Source of the DNA: an uncultured Acidimicrobiia bacterium
GTDB taxonomy: Bacteria; Acidobacteriota; Terriglobia; Versatilivoradales; Versatilivoraceae
Length of the DNA stretch: 64,000 nucleotides
Reading direction: 5' to 3'
Assembly: GCA_963786955.1 (NCBI GenBank)
Contig: CAWBAT010000005.1
Coordinates: 1,472,001-1,536,000, forward strand
In this document: piece by piece, positions 51,876 through 60,961 of the stretch
How the letters are laid out: every line of letters starts with the position of its first letter
Position numbering within the stretch: position 1 is the first letter of the stretch
Position numbers and translations under genes: made by a program
Notes under the pieces: model-generated
Databases searched by the model: none
Seen by the model: only the letters and a program-made list of their open reading frames with translations
Told to the model about the DNA's origin: nothing

Positions 51876-53120
51876 TTAAAGGCTCGAAATCTGTCGGACT
51901 GCAGCCGAGTGGTTCCAGACTTCGGGTTTGATCAGCATTCCAAACCCCGGAAGATCCGGAGCGGACACCGTTCCGTCTCTTGGAATCACAGGATTCTCGA
52001 GCATTGTCGGCCAATCGGTTTCGTAATAACGCTGGACGGTTTCCTGAATGGCCACGTTAGTCGCAGCGGTGCTCAAGTGGGTTGAGGCATAGAAGAGCAG
52101 GGGGCCTCCTGCCGTGTGGGGAGCGACGGGAAGCTGGAACGCCTCGGCCATGGAGGCAATTTTTCGAGCTTCGCTCACGCCTCCACACCAGCAGACATCA
52201 AACATGACATATTTCGCGGCGCGCGATTCGAGGAGCTGAATGTATTGCATCCTCCCTGCCATCCGCTCACTGATGGTCAAAGGGATAGAGGTAGCCTCGG
52301 CCAGCTGCCGATATTGAGAGAACTGGCCGGGCATCAACATATCTTCCAGCCACATCGGTTTGTAAGGTTCAAGCGCGCGGGCAATACGAATGGCGGAGGG
52401 CAGGTTCCAGTTACTATGGAATTCCATTAGAATTTCAATCTCAGAGCCAAAAGTATCGCGCAGCTTGCGGACGGGACCAAGTGCCTCATCGATATCGGCC
52501 TGAGTAATGTATTGCCGCTGAGTGCGGTGCGCCGCTTCATCAAAGGGCCAGATCTTGATGGCCTTGATGCCGTAACCATCGATCAGCTCGCGCACGATCT
52601 TTTCCGGTTCTTTGAGGAAGTCGTACCGTTGCCCGAAGCAGGTGTTGTAAACTCGAATCCGGGGATTTGACCTTCCTCCAATCAAACCGTAAACGGGCAT
52701 GGACAGGGACTTGCCCAGTAAATCCCATAAAGCCAGATCGATTGCGCTCAAAACGCGCATCTCCGTTCCCCCGATGATCTGAAAGTCAAAAGTGAAATAC
52801 AGATCTGCCCAAATCCGATCGATATTCCGAGGATCTTGCCCAAGCAGCAGGCGAGCCACCGTGGAATGTACCAGCGCGGCTTCCGCTTCGCTGCGCGGAT
52901 AGGTTTCTCCAATGCCCGCAAACCCCGCATCAGTATGGATCTTGATCCAAGTCCAATTGGGGCGCCAAGGAGCGTCTTGGTAGTTCTTCCAATACACGGT
53001 TTCAATCTTGGTGATCTTCATGGGAGGAGCAGCCAACGCTGCCTGGGAACGAAATGCCGCAAGGGCGGGCATGAGCAAAGACGCCATGAAGATCCGTCGC
53101 TGGATAGGTTCGCCTGCCAC
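51876..53120 (-). CDS. Mandelate racemase/muconate lactonizing (enolase superfamily) enzyme with Tat-like leader
   Basis: SAIDLALWDLLGK, WLED, SERM, APH; GTG start 10 nt after AAGGAGG; QRRIF..AALA leader. Confidence 0.88.
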   Translation of the reverse strand: MAGEPIQRRIFMASLLMPALAAFRSQAALAAPPMKITKIETVYWKNYQDAPWRPNWTWIKIHTDAGFAGIGETYPRSEAEAALVHSTVARLLLGQDPRNIDRIWADLYFTFDFQIIGGTEMRVLSAIDLALWDLLGKSLSMPVYGLIGGRSNPRIRVYNTCFGQRYDFLKEPEKIVRELIDGYGIKAIKIWPFDEAAHRTQRQYITQADIDEALGPVRKLRDTFGSEIEILMEFHSNWNLPSAIRIARALEPYKPMWLEDMLMPGQFSQYRQLAEATSIPLTISERMAGRMQYIQLLESRAAKYVMFDVCWCGGVSEARKIASMAEAFQLPVAPHTAGGPLLFYASTHLSTAATNVAIQETVQRYYETDWPTMLENPVIPRDGTVSAPDLPGFGMLIKPEVWNHSAAVRQISSL

Positions 53121-53166
53121 TGTGCCGATACCTCCTTTTCCCTTCATTAAACGAAATCTTATGGGG

Positions 53167-53196
53167 AGTCTATGGAAGACGATCAGCAGTTGTCAA
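53167..53196 (-). promoter_or_regulatory. Putative sigma70 promoter for the enolase-family gene
   Basis: TTGACA-N18-TAGACT on the minus strand. Confidence 0.5.
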
Positions 53197-53197
53197 T

Positions 53198-53299
53198 GAA
53201 TGAGCGGCTTGTACTAAGTCGGTGGGTGTTCACCCGAAACGACTGGCAACCGGAGATCGCAAGAGCTGGCTCATTCCTTGCTGCTTCATTTAGCCGCTC
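53198..53299. ncRNA. Candidate structured RNA element, family unknown
   Basis: Closing stem gagcggct/agccgctc, inner stems agtcg/cgact and gggtg/caccc, GCAA tetraloop; alternative stem gaatgagc/gctcattc. Confidence 0.35.
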
Positions 53300-53398
53300 T
53301 TTGTAGGATTCTTTCCACTATTACCCTAATGTTATTAAGCGAGTAACCCGAATGGCTGTCAATTGCCTTTAAGCAACTATTTTCAAGCCCCGTTGGTG

Positions 53399-53683
53399 TC
53401 AGTCAAATCGCACGCCTACCAATTGCCTTCCCGAAGCGTCGGTTTGAATTCGCGCCACTTTTCCGGTCAGAGTATGCAGCCGTCCAAACAGCTCGCTAGA
53501 TCCGATGGTGATGATGAGGTGAGTGTCTAACCACACGGGTGTCTTGAGGTAGAACGATATCCCATTCTCGCTAATGTTATGCGTCTTGGATTGCTCGCTC
53601 AACGAGAAGCCATCGGCGTTAGTCCACTTGATGAGGAGATTTGAATTTTCGTTGGTGCGAGCCGCACCACTTCCGTTTGCCAT
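53399..53683 (-). CDS. PilZ-like domain protein (degenerate)
   Basis: NISENG and GVRF present; no RxxxR motif; GGAGG SD. Confidence 0.75.
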   Translation of the reverse strand: MANGSGAARTNENSNLLIKWTNADGFSLSEQSKTHNISENGISFYLKTPVWLDTHLIITIGSSELFGRLHTLTGKVARIQTDASGRQLVGVRFD

Positions 53684-53952
53684 CGGTCTAAAGTTACCTC
53701 CAATATTAGAAGTGTCGGAGGGTTCTACCTTTCATTATTATCATTATCGACAAAATTAACGGTTAGGTTTAAGCCTCCCTGAATAACACATAAGTCTTTT
53801 GACAGGAATCACTTTGGCCTATGCCGGTAGCCCCTGAGGGTGTTCCGTTTGCTAATTTCCTCGAATACGCGATCCCCATCGAAAATCTTCGGGCCTATGT
53901 CTCGACGGCGCTGGAGCATTCTTGGTACTAACGGTTTCGAACTGCCCTCGAT

Positions 53953-54282
53953 TCAGACTCGCGGCCAATACATGATGACCAGAACGCCGAACAAAGCGAT
54001 GCTGGCGCCGATCAAATCGTACTTGTCTGGGGCAATTCGATCGATCTGCCACCCCCATAAAATGGATAGAACGATGAAGACCCCTCCGTAGGCTGCATAA
54101 ACACGGCCGAAGTTTGCAGGCTGAAAAGTTGGAACAATGCCGTAGAGGACGAGAACCCCGGCGCCCGCGAAACCGTAGGCAATGGTTTTGCCTTCTCGCA
54201 GCCAGAGCCAGACGAGATATCCTCCCCCAATTTCACACAATCCGGCTAACACAAAGAACAGCAATGACTGGATGAATTTCAT
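53953..54282 (-). CDS. ynfA: YnfA/UPF0060 small membrane protein
   Basis: [27 protein letters not shown]. Confidence 0.95.
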   Translation of the reverse strand: MKFIQSLLFFVLAGLCEIGGGYLVWLWLREGKTIAYGFAGAGVLVLYGIVPTFQPANFGRVYAAYGGVFIVLSILWGWQIDRIAPDKYDLIGASIALFGVLVIMYWPRV

Positions 54283-54666
54283 GAAGTCTCCCTCGCCTTA
54301 CCGGAATACAAAGCCTTTTGGGAAATCACTGAACAATTTCTGATGCAGCGTTCTCGCATCTTTCCCATGGAAACGGTTTTAAGTTATCGATACGCACGAT
54401 CCCTATTCCGAAGCTGATTTGAGCAATCATCAACATCTCAAACAGCCGGGGGCTTTGTCAGCAACAAAGTGACCCATCTGAAAAATTGCAAATCCGTATT
54501 CCCTGGAACCGTACCGTTTCGACCTGAGTGAACTATTCCCGTGGGTGAGATCATTCTCGAAGTAAGAGGTTGGCAGGTAGAAATGTTTCAACTATCCGTC
54601 CCGAGTGAGTGTGAAATATACTCTTCGAGGGGTAGATCCGCATTGAGCGACAGGTTCTGCAAAAGA

Positions 54667-55722
54667 ATGATTCTTGTCTGGTTGATACTCTCCGTATTTT
54701 TAACTCCTCACGTCCAGTTGCTGGGCCAAAACGTGAAAGGAGCTTATCCGATTTTCCCTCCTGCAGGCCCCTTGCAAGGAAAGCTTGTCGAGCAACAAGT
54801 GCGCTTTTTGAAGGCCATGGGTTTTGCCTTAGCGGGAGGGCGTTTCCCGGATGAATCCATTCCCAAACAACTCCGTGGCGCAGGGCTCAAGACACTGGGT
54901 ATGGTGGTTCTGTGGCAGGGAGAAGAGCATTGGAAGTCCCACCCGGAGTCGCGACCCATTTTGGCGGATGGGAGTCCTTTGCCTAAGGTCAATGAGTATG
55001 CGGGTGTGTGTCCGAACCAGGAATGGTTGCAGAAACAGAAGCTCGAAGAGATCAAGGGGATGTTTTCCAGTCATTACTACGATGTGATCACTCTCGATTT
55101 CGTGCGTTATCCTATTTATTGGGAGATTCCGGAGCCCAATATCCTCGATACCTGCTACTGTCCGGCTTGTTTAAGTAAATTCCAGAAGGAGACGAATCTT
55201 CGAATTCCAAAGGAATTGAATCGCGTGGCCGATCAATCCGCTTGGATTCGCAAAAACCATGCGGACCAATGGTATCGATGGCGAGCCGATCAAATCACGG
55301 CTTTCTGCACAAAGGTCAGTGGATTGCGCGATCATTTTAGTCCCAAAACTTTGATTTCCTTAGCAGCAGTCCCTTGGCAACCTTCAGACTATGACAACGC
55401 TATTTACAAAGTTGTGGGTCAGGATTTCCGGGCGCTGGCAAAGGTTATCGAAGTGTTCAGCCCCATGTCATACTCCGTGCTCAATGGTCGGCCGGTTCAG
55501 TGGATTGGAGAAGTGAATGCTTACTTCATTCGAGAAACGGGCCGGCAAGTCTTGCCTTTTATCCTGGTCGACCCGGAAAGAAAATTACCCGCCTCCACGT
55601 GGGAAGAAATTTATAAGCAAGCATTATCCCAAGGGGCAGATGGATTCATCGTTTTCCCTTTTCCCAACCTGACCGGCAGTGACGCCTACCGCGTCTTTTG
55701 GGAACTGTTCGGCCACCGTTAG
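54667..55722 (+). CDS. Exported glycoside-hydrolase-like TIM barrel (GHL10-like)
   Basis: Signal peptide, VCPN, LDFVRYP, CYCPAC, GQD, PMSY; start uncertain (ORF track 54541). Confidence 0.65.
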   Translation: MILVWLILSVFLTPHVQLLGQNVKGAYPIFPPAGPLQGKLVEQQVRFLKAMGFALAGGRFPDESIPKQLRGAGLKTLGMVVLWQGEEHWKSHPESRPILADGSPLPKVNEYAGVCPNQEWLQKQKLEEIKGMFSSHYYDVITLDFVRYPIYWEIPEPNILDTCYCPACLSKFQKETNLRIPKELNRVADQSAWIRKNHADQWYRWRADQITAFCTKVSGLRDHFSPKTLISLAAVPWQPSDYDNAIYKVVGQDFRALAKVIEVFSPMSYSVLNGRPVQWIGEVNAYFIRETGRQVLPFILVDPERKLPASTWEEIYKQALSQGADGFIVFPFPNLTGSDAYRVFWELFGHR

Positions 55723-55766
55723 GGATTGAAGACTTAAAGTTATTGCGCTGGAGGGTGCTTAGAGGC

Positions 55767-55868
55767 ATGTAAGATCTTACATTCTTGTGTGCCGTGGGTC
55801 ATATTGACATACTATCAAAAATATGTAAGAATTTGTATTCTAGTAGGACTTTGTTACAAAGTTCTACT
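55767..55868 (+). promoter_or_regulatory. vapBC promoter with palindromic operators
   Basis: Perfect palindrome ATGTAAGATCTTACAT (55767-82), TTGACA (55804-09), repeated ATGTAAGA (55823-30), 27-bp inverted repeat 55842-68. Confidence 0.65.
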
Positions 55869-55912
55869 TGGCAGATGGATATCGAAGAACGGGCTGTTGA
55901 GGAGCCCATCGC

Positions 55913-56146
55913 ATGAAGACGGAAACCGTTACATTCACCACCAAGGGGCAAATCGTCATCCCCATCTGGCTTCGAAGGCAGTTTGGGATCGAGGACGGCA
56001 CGAAAGCAGCGGTCTGTGCGACGCAGGAGGGCATTCTTCTCAAGCCGATTACCCGTGCCTATATCCGCAGCCTGCGTGGCTCGCTCAAGGGCAAGGGTGT
56101 TCTGAAGGCGATGATGGAAGAGCGTAAGCTCGAACGCGAGCTCTAA
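55913..56146 (+). CDS. vapB: AbrB/MazE/SpoVT-family antitoxin (VapB)
   Basis: TTKGQIVIP..LRRQFGI..G; GAGGAG SD; 1 nt from the PIN gene. Confidence 0.9.
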   Translation: MKTETVTFTTKGQIVIPIWLRRQFGIEDGTKAAVCATQEGILLKPITRAYIRSLRGSLKGKGVLKAMMEERKLEREL

Positions 56147-56147
56147 C

Positions 56148-56555
56148 ATGGCAGCCAAGGTTTTGGATAGTTGGGCTCTTGTGGCCTTTTTTGAGGATGA
56201 GCCGGCAGCGAACGCGGTTGAGGAACTTCTGTACCAGGCCGCCCAAGGGAAACACAAACTCTACCTAAGCGTGGTGAACTGGGGAGAGATTTACTATAGC
56301 ACCATGAGAAAGGTATCCCCAGCGGAAGCTGAGGTCCGTGCCCTGGAGATCAGTTCGTTGCCGATTGAAATCGTCGGCGTCGGTGATGACCTCAAGCTGG
56401 CCCGCCAAGCCTCGATCTTCAAAGCCGCCCACCGTATCTCCTATGCCGACGCCTTCGCCGCTGCGCTGGCCAAGGAGAAGAAAGCTGAGTTGGTCACTGG
56501 AGACCCTGAGTTTAAGCTGCTGGAAAAGGAAGTCAGGATCCGCTGGCTCAACTAA
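56148..56555 (+). CDS. vapC: PIN-domain toxin VapC
   Basis: VLDSWA, NWGE, SYADAF, VTGD.EF acidic tetrad. Confidence 0.92.
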   Translation: MAAKVLDSWALVAFFEDEPAANAVEELLYQAAQGKHKLYLSVVNWGEIYYSTMRKVSPAEAEVRALEISSLPIEIVGVGDDLKLARQASIFKAAHRISYADAFAAALAKEKKAELVTGDPEFKLLEKEVRIRWLN

Positions 56556-56739
56556 ACGTTTCCTGGCCGGATCAGTGCATCTTATCCTCCACGCCTTTCC
56601 CGGCGTGCTTTGTGAGTTTCCCCCAACCTTGCAATTCCTTCCCGCTTGAATCCCTCCAGCCTTGTGCGATAATGAGTGCTCATTTACGGATCATTCCTTA
56701 TCCTGATCGGCTCAATAGATTGTTACTTGAGGAGGACGA

Positions 56740-57759
56740 ATGTCGGATGTGAAATTTTTTGCCGGGGTCGATCTCGGAGGGACCGCCATCAATTTGACTC
56801 TTCTGGGTGAAGACGGCGTGTTCCGAATCAACGAGATGGTAGAGACGCCAGCTTTGGTGGAACAGGGGCCTGCCGTGACTATCCGGCAGATGGAGAAGGC
56901 ACTCAAGCAAGCGGCTGAAGTCGTGGGTATCTCCATGAGCCAAATTAAGGTCATCGGGCTCGACACACCGGGACCCGCCAGCGCCGACGGAGTCTTCTCG
57001 TCGGAGGGCCCCATAAACTTTGGACATTCCGGCTGGGCCAGCTTTCCAATCCGTGAGGCCTATCAGCAGGCTTTGGGTCTGCCCACCGTTTATGCGAATG
57101 ATGGGAATGCCGCAGCACTCCATTGCCATCGTGTGAAATTCGGGCGCAATCCGAAATTCTCGTCACTGACGGCTGCAGTGGGAACGGGTCTTGGCGGGGG
57201 TATTGTGGTCAATGGACAGCTTGTGGTTGGGGGTACTGGATTTGCCGCAGAGGCGGGTCACGTCGTTCTCCCGACTCGAGGTCTCCTAGAGCCCGACCAG
57301 CCGATGCCTAAGTGTAATTGTGGCCGCGACGGGGATGTTGAGGCATGGGCCTCGCTTACCGGAATCAAAAACAATCTGCTGCCGTATTACTTACAGAAAT
57401 TTCCGAATCATCCGCTATGGCAGGTTGCGGAGACGGATGGCGAGCGAGCGAAACGGGTTCGATCGTTTGGCGAAAACGGGGATGAAATGGCGCGTTTGAT
57501 CTTTCAAAAACAGGCAAGCGCGTTGGCGTTTCTATTTGATATTGCCGTGCAACTACTGGACCTGGATGCCTTTTTCGTGGGAGGTGGGATCATGCAGACA
57601 AAGCCCGAGTTCCGGGAATGGTTTCTCCGTACCATTCACGAACATCTCCCGCTGCGCGACGAACAGAAAGGCGTGACCGTAGAAATCGCTCCTGACGGTG
57701 ACATGGCTGGAGCTCGTGGAGCCGCTCGTCTGGCAATTGAATCATGGAATGTCGATTGA
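56740..57759 (+). CDS. ROK family sugar kinase
   Basis: GVDLGGT, NDGNAAA, GTGLGGG, EAGH, CNCG. Confidence 0.92.
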   Translation: MSDVKFFAGVDLGGTAINLTLLGEDGVFRINEMVETPALVEQGPAVTIRQMEKALKQAAEVVGISMSQIKVIGLDTPGPASADGVFSSEGPINFGHSGWASFPIREAYQQALGLPTVYANDGNAAALHCHRVKFGRNPKFSSLTAAVGTGLGGGIVVNGQLVVGGTGFAAEAGHVVLPTRGLLEPDQPMPKCNCGRDGDVEAWASLTGIKNNLLPYYLQKFPNHPLWQVAETDGERAKRVRSFGENGDEMARLIFQKQASALAFLFDIAVQLLDLDAFFVGGGIMQTKPEFREWFLRTIHEHLPLRDEQKGVTVEIAPDGDMAGARGAARLAIESWNVD

Positions 57760-57810
57760 GCTTTCTGCGGATCTGATGCTGCCGGAGAAGGAACGAATGT
57801 GGCCGAGGAT

Positions 57811-58020
57811 AACCACAGATCACCGCAGATCTAAGCAGTGAATAAGGAAAAGGCAGAAAGCAGTAAGCGGTTAGCAGAAATGCGGCTCTTGCCCCTCCTC
57901 TATGTTCCTCGGTTTCCAAATTCAAGCGCTGAAAGTCGAACTTTGAATTTTAAGATGTTGAATCCGCGTTAATCTGCGTTCATCAGCGGCTCATCTTGTG
58001 TTTCGTGTCTTTTGCGGTTC
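57811..58020. repeat. Nested short-period repeat element with inverted arms
   Basis: 10-nt-period arm at 57811-40 and inverted arm at 57961-90; 7-mer array at 57851-78. Confidence 0.65.
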
Positions 58021-58035
58021 GCTTTCTTTCCCATC

Positions 58036-59859
58036 TTACGAAAGCAATTCCAGGGCGGTGGTGGCATCCTTGAAGGGTGCGATGATGTAGATTCCCTGCG
58101 TCCTCGTCTTGGCTTCTGAAATCATTTGTCGCGCTAAATCAAATCCGAGTTTTCGGGCTTCTTTTCCGGCTTGTTCCATTTTCCCCAAAAGGGTCTCAGG
58201 CAGATAAATTCCGGGCACTTCGTGGTGTAGGCGAAGGGCCAGGCGATAGCTCGTCAGAGGCCAGATGGCAGCAAGTATGGGAATGGGAGGGGCTTCACCG
58301 AGGGCATCCAGAAAACGCTCCCAAGGATCCCAGTCGAAGAAGACTTGAGTCATGGCGAATCGGGCCCCGTTTTCAATCTTCTGGCGGAAGCGGCGAATCT
58401 CTAGTGCCAAGTCAGCGGCGGCGGGGTTGACAGCCACCCCAATATGAAAATGTGTCGGTGTTCCGATAAGGTTTCCAACTGCGTCCTTCCCGCGATTCAT
58501 CTCCGAAATCAGGCGAACAAGGCCTACCGAATCGGTTTGATACACATCCTTTCCTCCTGCTGAGCCTCCAACAATGGAGGGATCTCCCGTAATCACCAAT
58601 AGATTTCGAATTCCTTCGGAATGCGCCCCGAGAAGACTTCCTTGCAAGCCCATGAGGCTGGCGTCCCGTGGAGTAATGTGAGGAATACTCTCCATCCCAA
58701 GCCGTTCCACTTGCTGTGACATCCAGAGTGAGTCCATATGCAAGCGACCGAGTGGGTTGCTATTCACATCGATCACATCGACTAACCCCGATGATTTGAA
58801 AACGGTCACGGCTTCCAGGAGTCGCTGGGTTTCCGAACCTTTTGGCGGATCGATCTGAACTGAGATGGCAAACTTGCCTTCATGGAGTCTTTGGGCCAAA
58901 GGGGAGGGAAATTCTTCTTTGACGGGCGAGTGAACGACCCTTTCCAGAACAGTCGCAGCGGCTTGAATGCGCTCTGGCACCGCGATGTCCTTCAGTGTTT
59001 CCGCCATGGCTCGAATATGTTCCGGCCGAGTCCCACAGCATCCTCCAACAATCCGTGCTCCAAGACGAACAGCTTCTCGTGCAAAGCTTGCAAAGTATTC
59101 TGGAGTAGAATCCGGATAGACGTAGCGGCCTCCGGACCTTACTGGGAGGCCGGCATTGGGGGAAGCAGAGAGGACGTAGCCCCCCCCGCGCGGAATATTC
59201 TCCAGGATTTCCAATAGCTCTCGGGGGCCAGTTCCACAATTAACTCCTAGAGCGGCGATGGGAAGGTCTGCCACTTCCGAAAACAACTCACGGACTCCGC
59301 CACCCTCCAAATTCCGCTGCACCCCTCCAGGAAAAGTCAACTGGGCGATAATGGGCAGTGAACTAACAGAGTGGACGGCCTCCACGGCAATTCGAAGGTC
59401 TTCTGAGGAGGAAAATGTTTCGATAAAAAAAAGCTCAACGCCGCGTTGTTCCAGAATTTCGGCCTGCCGGCGATATTCCTGTCGACGATCCACTTCCTGC
59501 TCCATCGCCAATTGCTCGAAAGCCCCGAGCGGTCCAATTGAACCCGCGATGAGCACTTCTCTACCAGAAATTTCCCGAGCCTCGCGAGCCAGCTTGACGG
59601 CTTGACTATTGATTTGTTCCATCCGTTCTTCCAGTCCATGTTCGCGAAGCTTTGGAATATTGGCTGCAAAGGTGTTGGTTTCGATGATATGGGCTCCTGC
59701 TGAAATGTATTGCAAATGAACCCCGAGAACTAAATCCGGGTGCGTTAAGTTAACTTCTTCCGGACAGCCTCCCCCTTTCATTTCCTGCATGAGCAGCGTT
59801 CCCATAGCCCCATCACCAATCAAAATCCCTTTCTTGAGCCACTCGAAAAATTTGGACAT
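58036..59859 (-). CDS. yitJ: Bifunctional homocysteine S-methyltransferase / methylenetetrahydrofolate reductase
   Basis: DGAMGT, ETNTF, GVNC, PNAG, GGCCG; MTHFR half HITPRD, ITGDP, MTQ. Confidence 0.94.
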   Translation of the reverse strand: MSKFFEWLKKGILIGDGAMGTLLMQEMKGGGCPEEVNLTHPDLVLGVHLQYISAGAHIIETNTFAANIPKLREHGLEERMEQINSQAVKLAREAREISGREVLIAGSIGPLGAFEQLAMEQEVDRRQEYRRQAEILEQRGVELFFIETFSSSEDLRIAVEAVHSVSSLPIIAQLTFPGGVQRNLEGGGVRELFSEVADLPIAALGVNCGTGPRELLEILENIPRGGGYVLSASPNAGLPVRSGGRYVYPDSTPEYFASFAREAVRLGARIVGGCCGTRPEHIRAMAETLKDIAVPERIQAAATVLERVVHSPVKEEFPSPLAQRLHEGKFAISVQIDPPKGSETQRLLEAVTVFKSSGLVDVIDVNSNPLGRLHMDSLWMSQQVERLGMESIPHITPRDASLMGLQGSLLGAHSEGIRNLLVITGDPSIVGGSAGGKDVYQTDSVGLVRLISEMNRGKDAVGNLIGTPTHFHIGVAVNPAAADLALEIRRFRQKIENGARFAMTQVFFDWDPWERFLDALGEAPPIPILAAIWPLTSYRLALRLHHEVPGIYLPETLLGKMEQAGKEARKLGFDLARQMISEAKTRTQGIYIIAPFKDATTALELLS

Positions 59860-59975
59860 GAACGGTGAGACTCCTTTTCCGGGTTCGAATGCAAACGGAC
59901 TTCGTGAAGCTACCTTAAGTTTTGACTCACTGCAATGCCTGGCCGTGTCAATACGTCAGGTATCGCGGGATTCCT

Positions 59976-60048
59976 GGCAGGGCGCGCTCGCCGAGCGCGC
60001 CGAGAAACCTAAATTCTGTGACGGCAGTTGCAGCGAGGCCGCCCTACC
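59976..60048. repeat. Inverted REP-like doublet (GTAG-type)
   Basis: ggcagggcgcgctcgccgagcgcgccg plus an inverted copy reading ggtagggcggcctcgctgcaactgccg on the minus strand. Confidence 0.6.
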
Positions 60049-60072
60049 TTAACCGCTTTGTCGCCCGGTTTT

Positions 60073-60939
60073 TCATTTGGGTGTTCTGGGTGTCTGAACC
60101 GCCTTGCGGCTTGCTTCCAGCGTCCCCTTAAGCGAATCTCCGGGCAAATCGTTGATAATGGGGTTGATGATCCAGCTTACGAAGGAAGGGACATCACGAG
60201 TCAAGGAAAGAGCCCTGCATTCAACAAGGACCCCGTCATTGACTTTCTCGAGTTGCCAGTATGCATTCAGTCGCCAGAGAAATCCATGGTCTTCTCCCGG
60301 GGGCAACGCTCGCTCGTTCTTGGTTTCCGGCTCGCTGACTTCACTGATCTTCTGACTGTAGGATCGGCAGAACCAGCGGTTGGGCTCGATCTGGATATAG
60401 TGAGCTTCGTGTTCCGTATCCAAGACGACAGTCAATATCTTTTGTTTCTTTAATCGCAGGTAGGACCAGTAAGTATTTCCCTCCCGCTTAATCAGCCTGG
60501 AATCGATGACTTCCGGGTAGATTTGTTTATGCCGGTTGAAATCATGCAAAACATCGAGCACGGCTTCCATCGAGACCCCCGGGATGAACATGGCGCCAAC
60601 CCAGTCGTGAATGATGCCGCCAGGGACGGGCGTAACGGAGTTATTGCTCAGACGCTCGATCACGATCTCGCCATTGAGGGCCCGAGCTCGATTCCCTGGA
60701 TCATCGTATAACCATAAAGCCGGCATCTTCCCATCCCTGCGTTTCTGGAGCAATGCCTCGGTATTCTTAACGTAGCGGTTGAAACCTTCGAGCGTTTCCG
60801 GTTTTAGCTTGGCCATTGGCTGAGCATGAGCGGTCAAAAGAGAGCAAGCTAAAATCCCTGAAATGGATAGTGAAAGTGAGCGTCTCATTAGCCAATGGAT
60901 CCCATGAGGTGCAACGGCCCAGGATATTCTTATCATCAA
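60073..60939 (-). CDS. Exported hypothetical protein with START/SRPBCC-like domain
   Basis: Signal peptide; VLDVLHDFNRHKQIYPEV, LWRLNAYWQL, C-terminal helix; true start possibly near 60888. Confidence 0.65.
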   Translation of the reverse strand: MMIRISWAVAPHGIHWLMRRSLSLSISGILACSLLTAHAQPMAKLKPETLEGFNRYVKNTEALLQKRRDGKMPALWLYDDPGNRARALNGEIVIERLSNNSVTPVPGGIIHDWVGAMFIPGVSMEAVLDVLHDFNRHKQIYPEVIDSRLIKREGNTYWSYLRLKKQKILTVVLDTEHEAHYIQIEPNRWFCRSYSQKISEVSEPETKNERALPPGEDHGFLWRLNAYWQLEKVNDGVLVECRALSLTRDVPSFVSWIINPIINDLPGDSLKGTLEASRKAVQTPRTPK

Positions 60940-60961
60940 AATAGGTAGATCTTTTGGCCTC

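Noticed and set aside
54283-54540. Possible guanidine riboswitch upstream of SMR-like ynfA
   Set aside because: No ykkC-I, paired ACGR-loop or ykkC-III signature visible
59860-60072. Possible SAM riboswitch upstream of yitJ
   Set aside because: No SAM-I core (AUC..GAG / GCAACC / GUGC / GAU) seen on the minus strand
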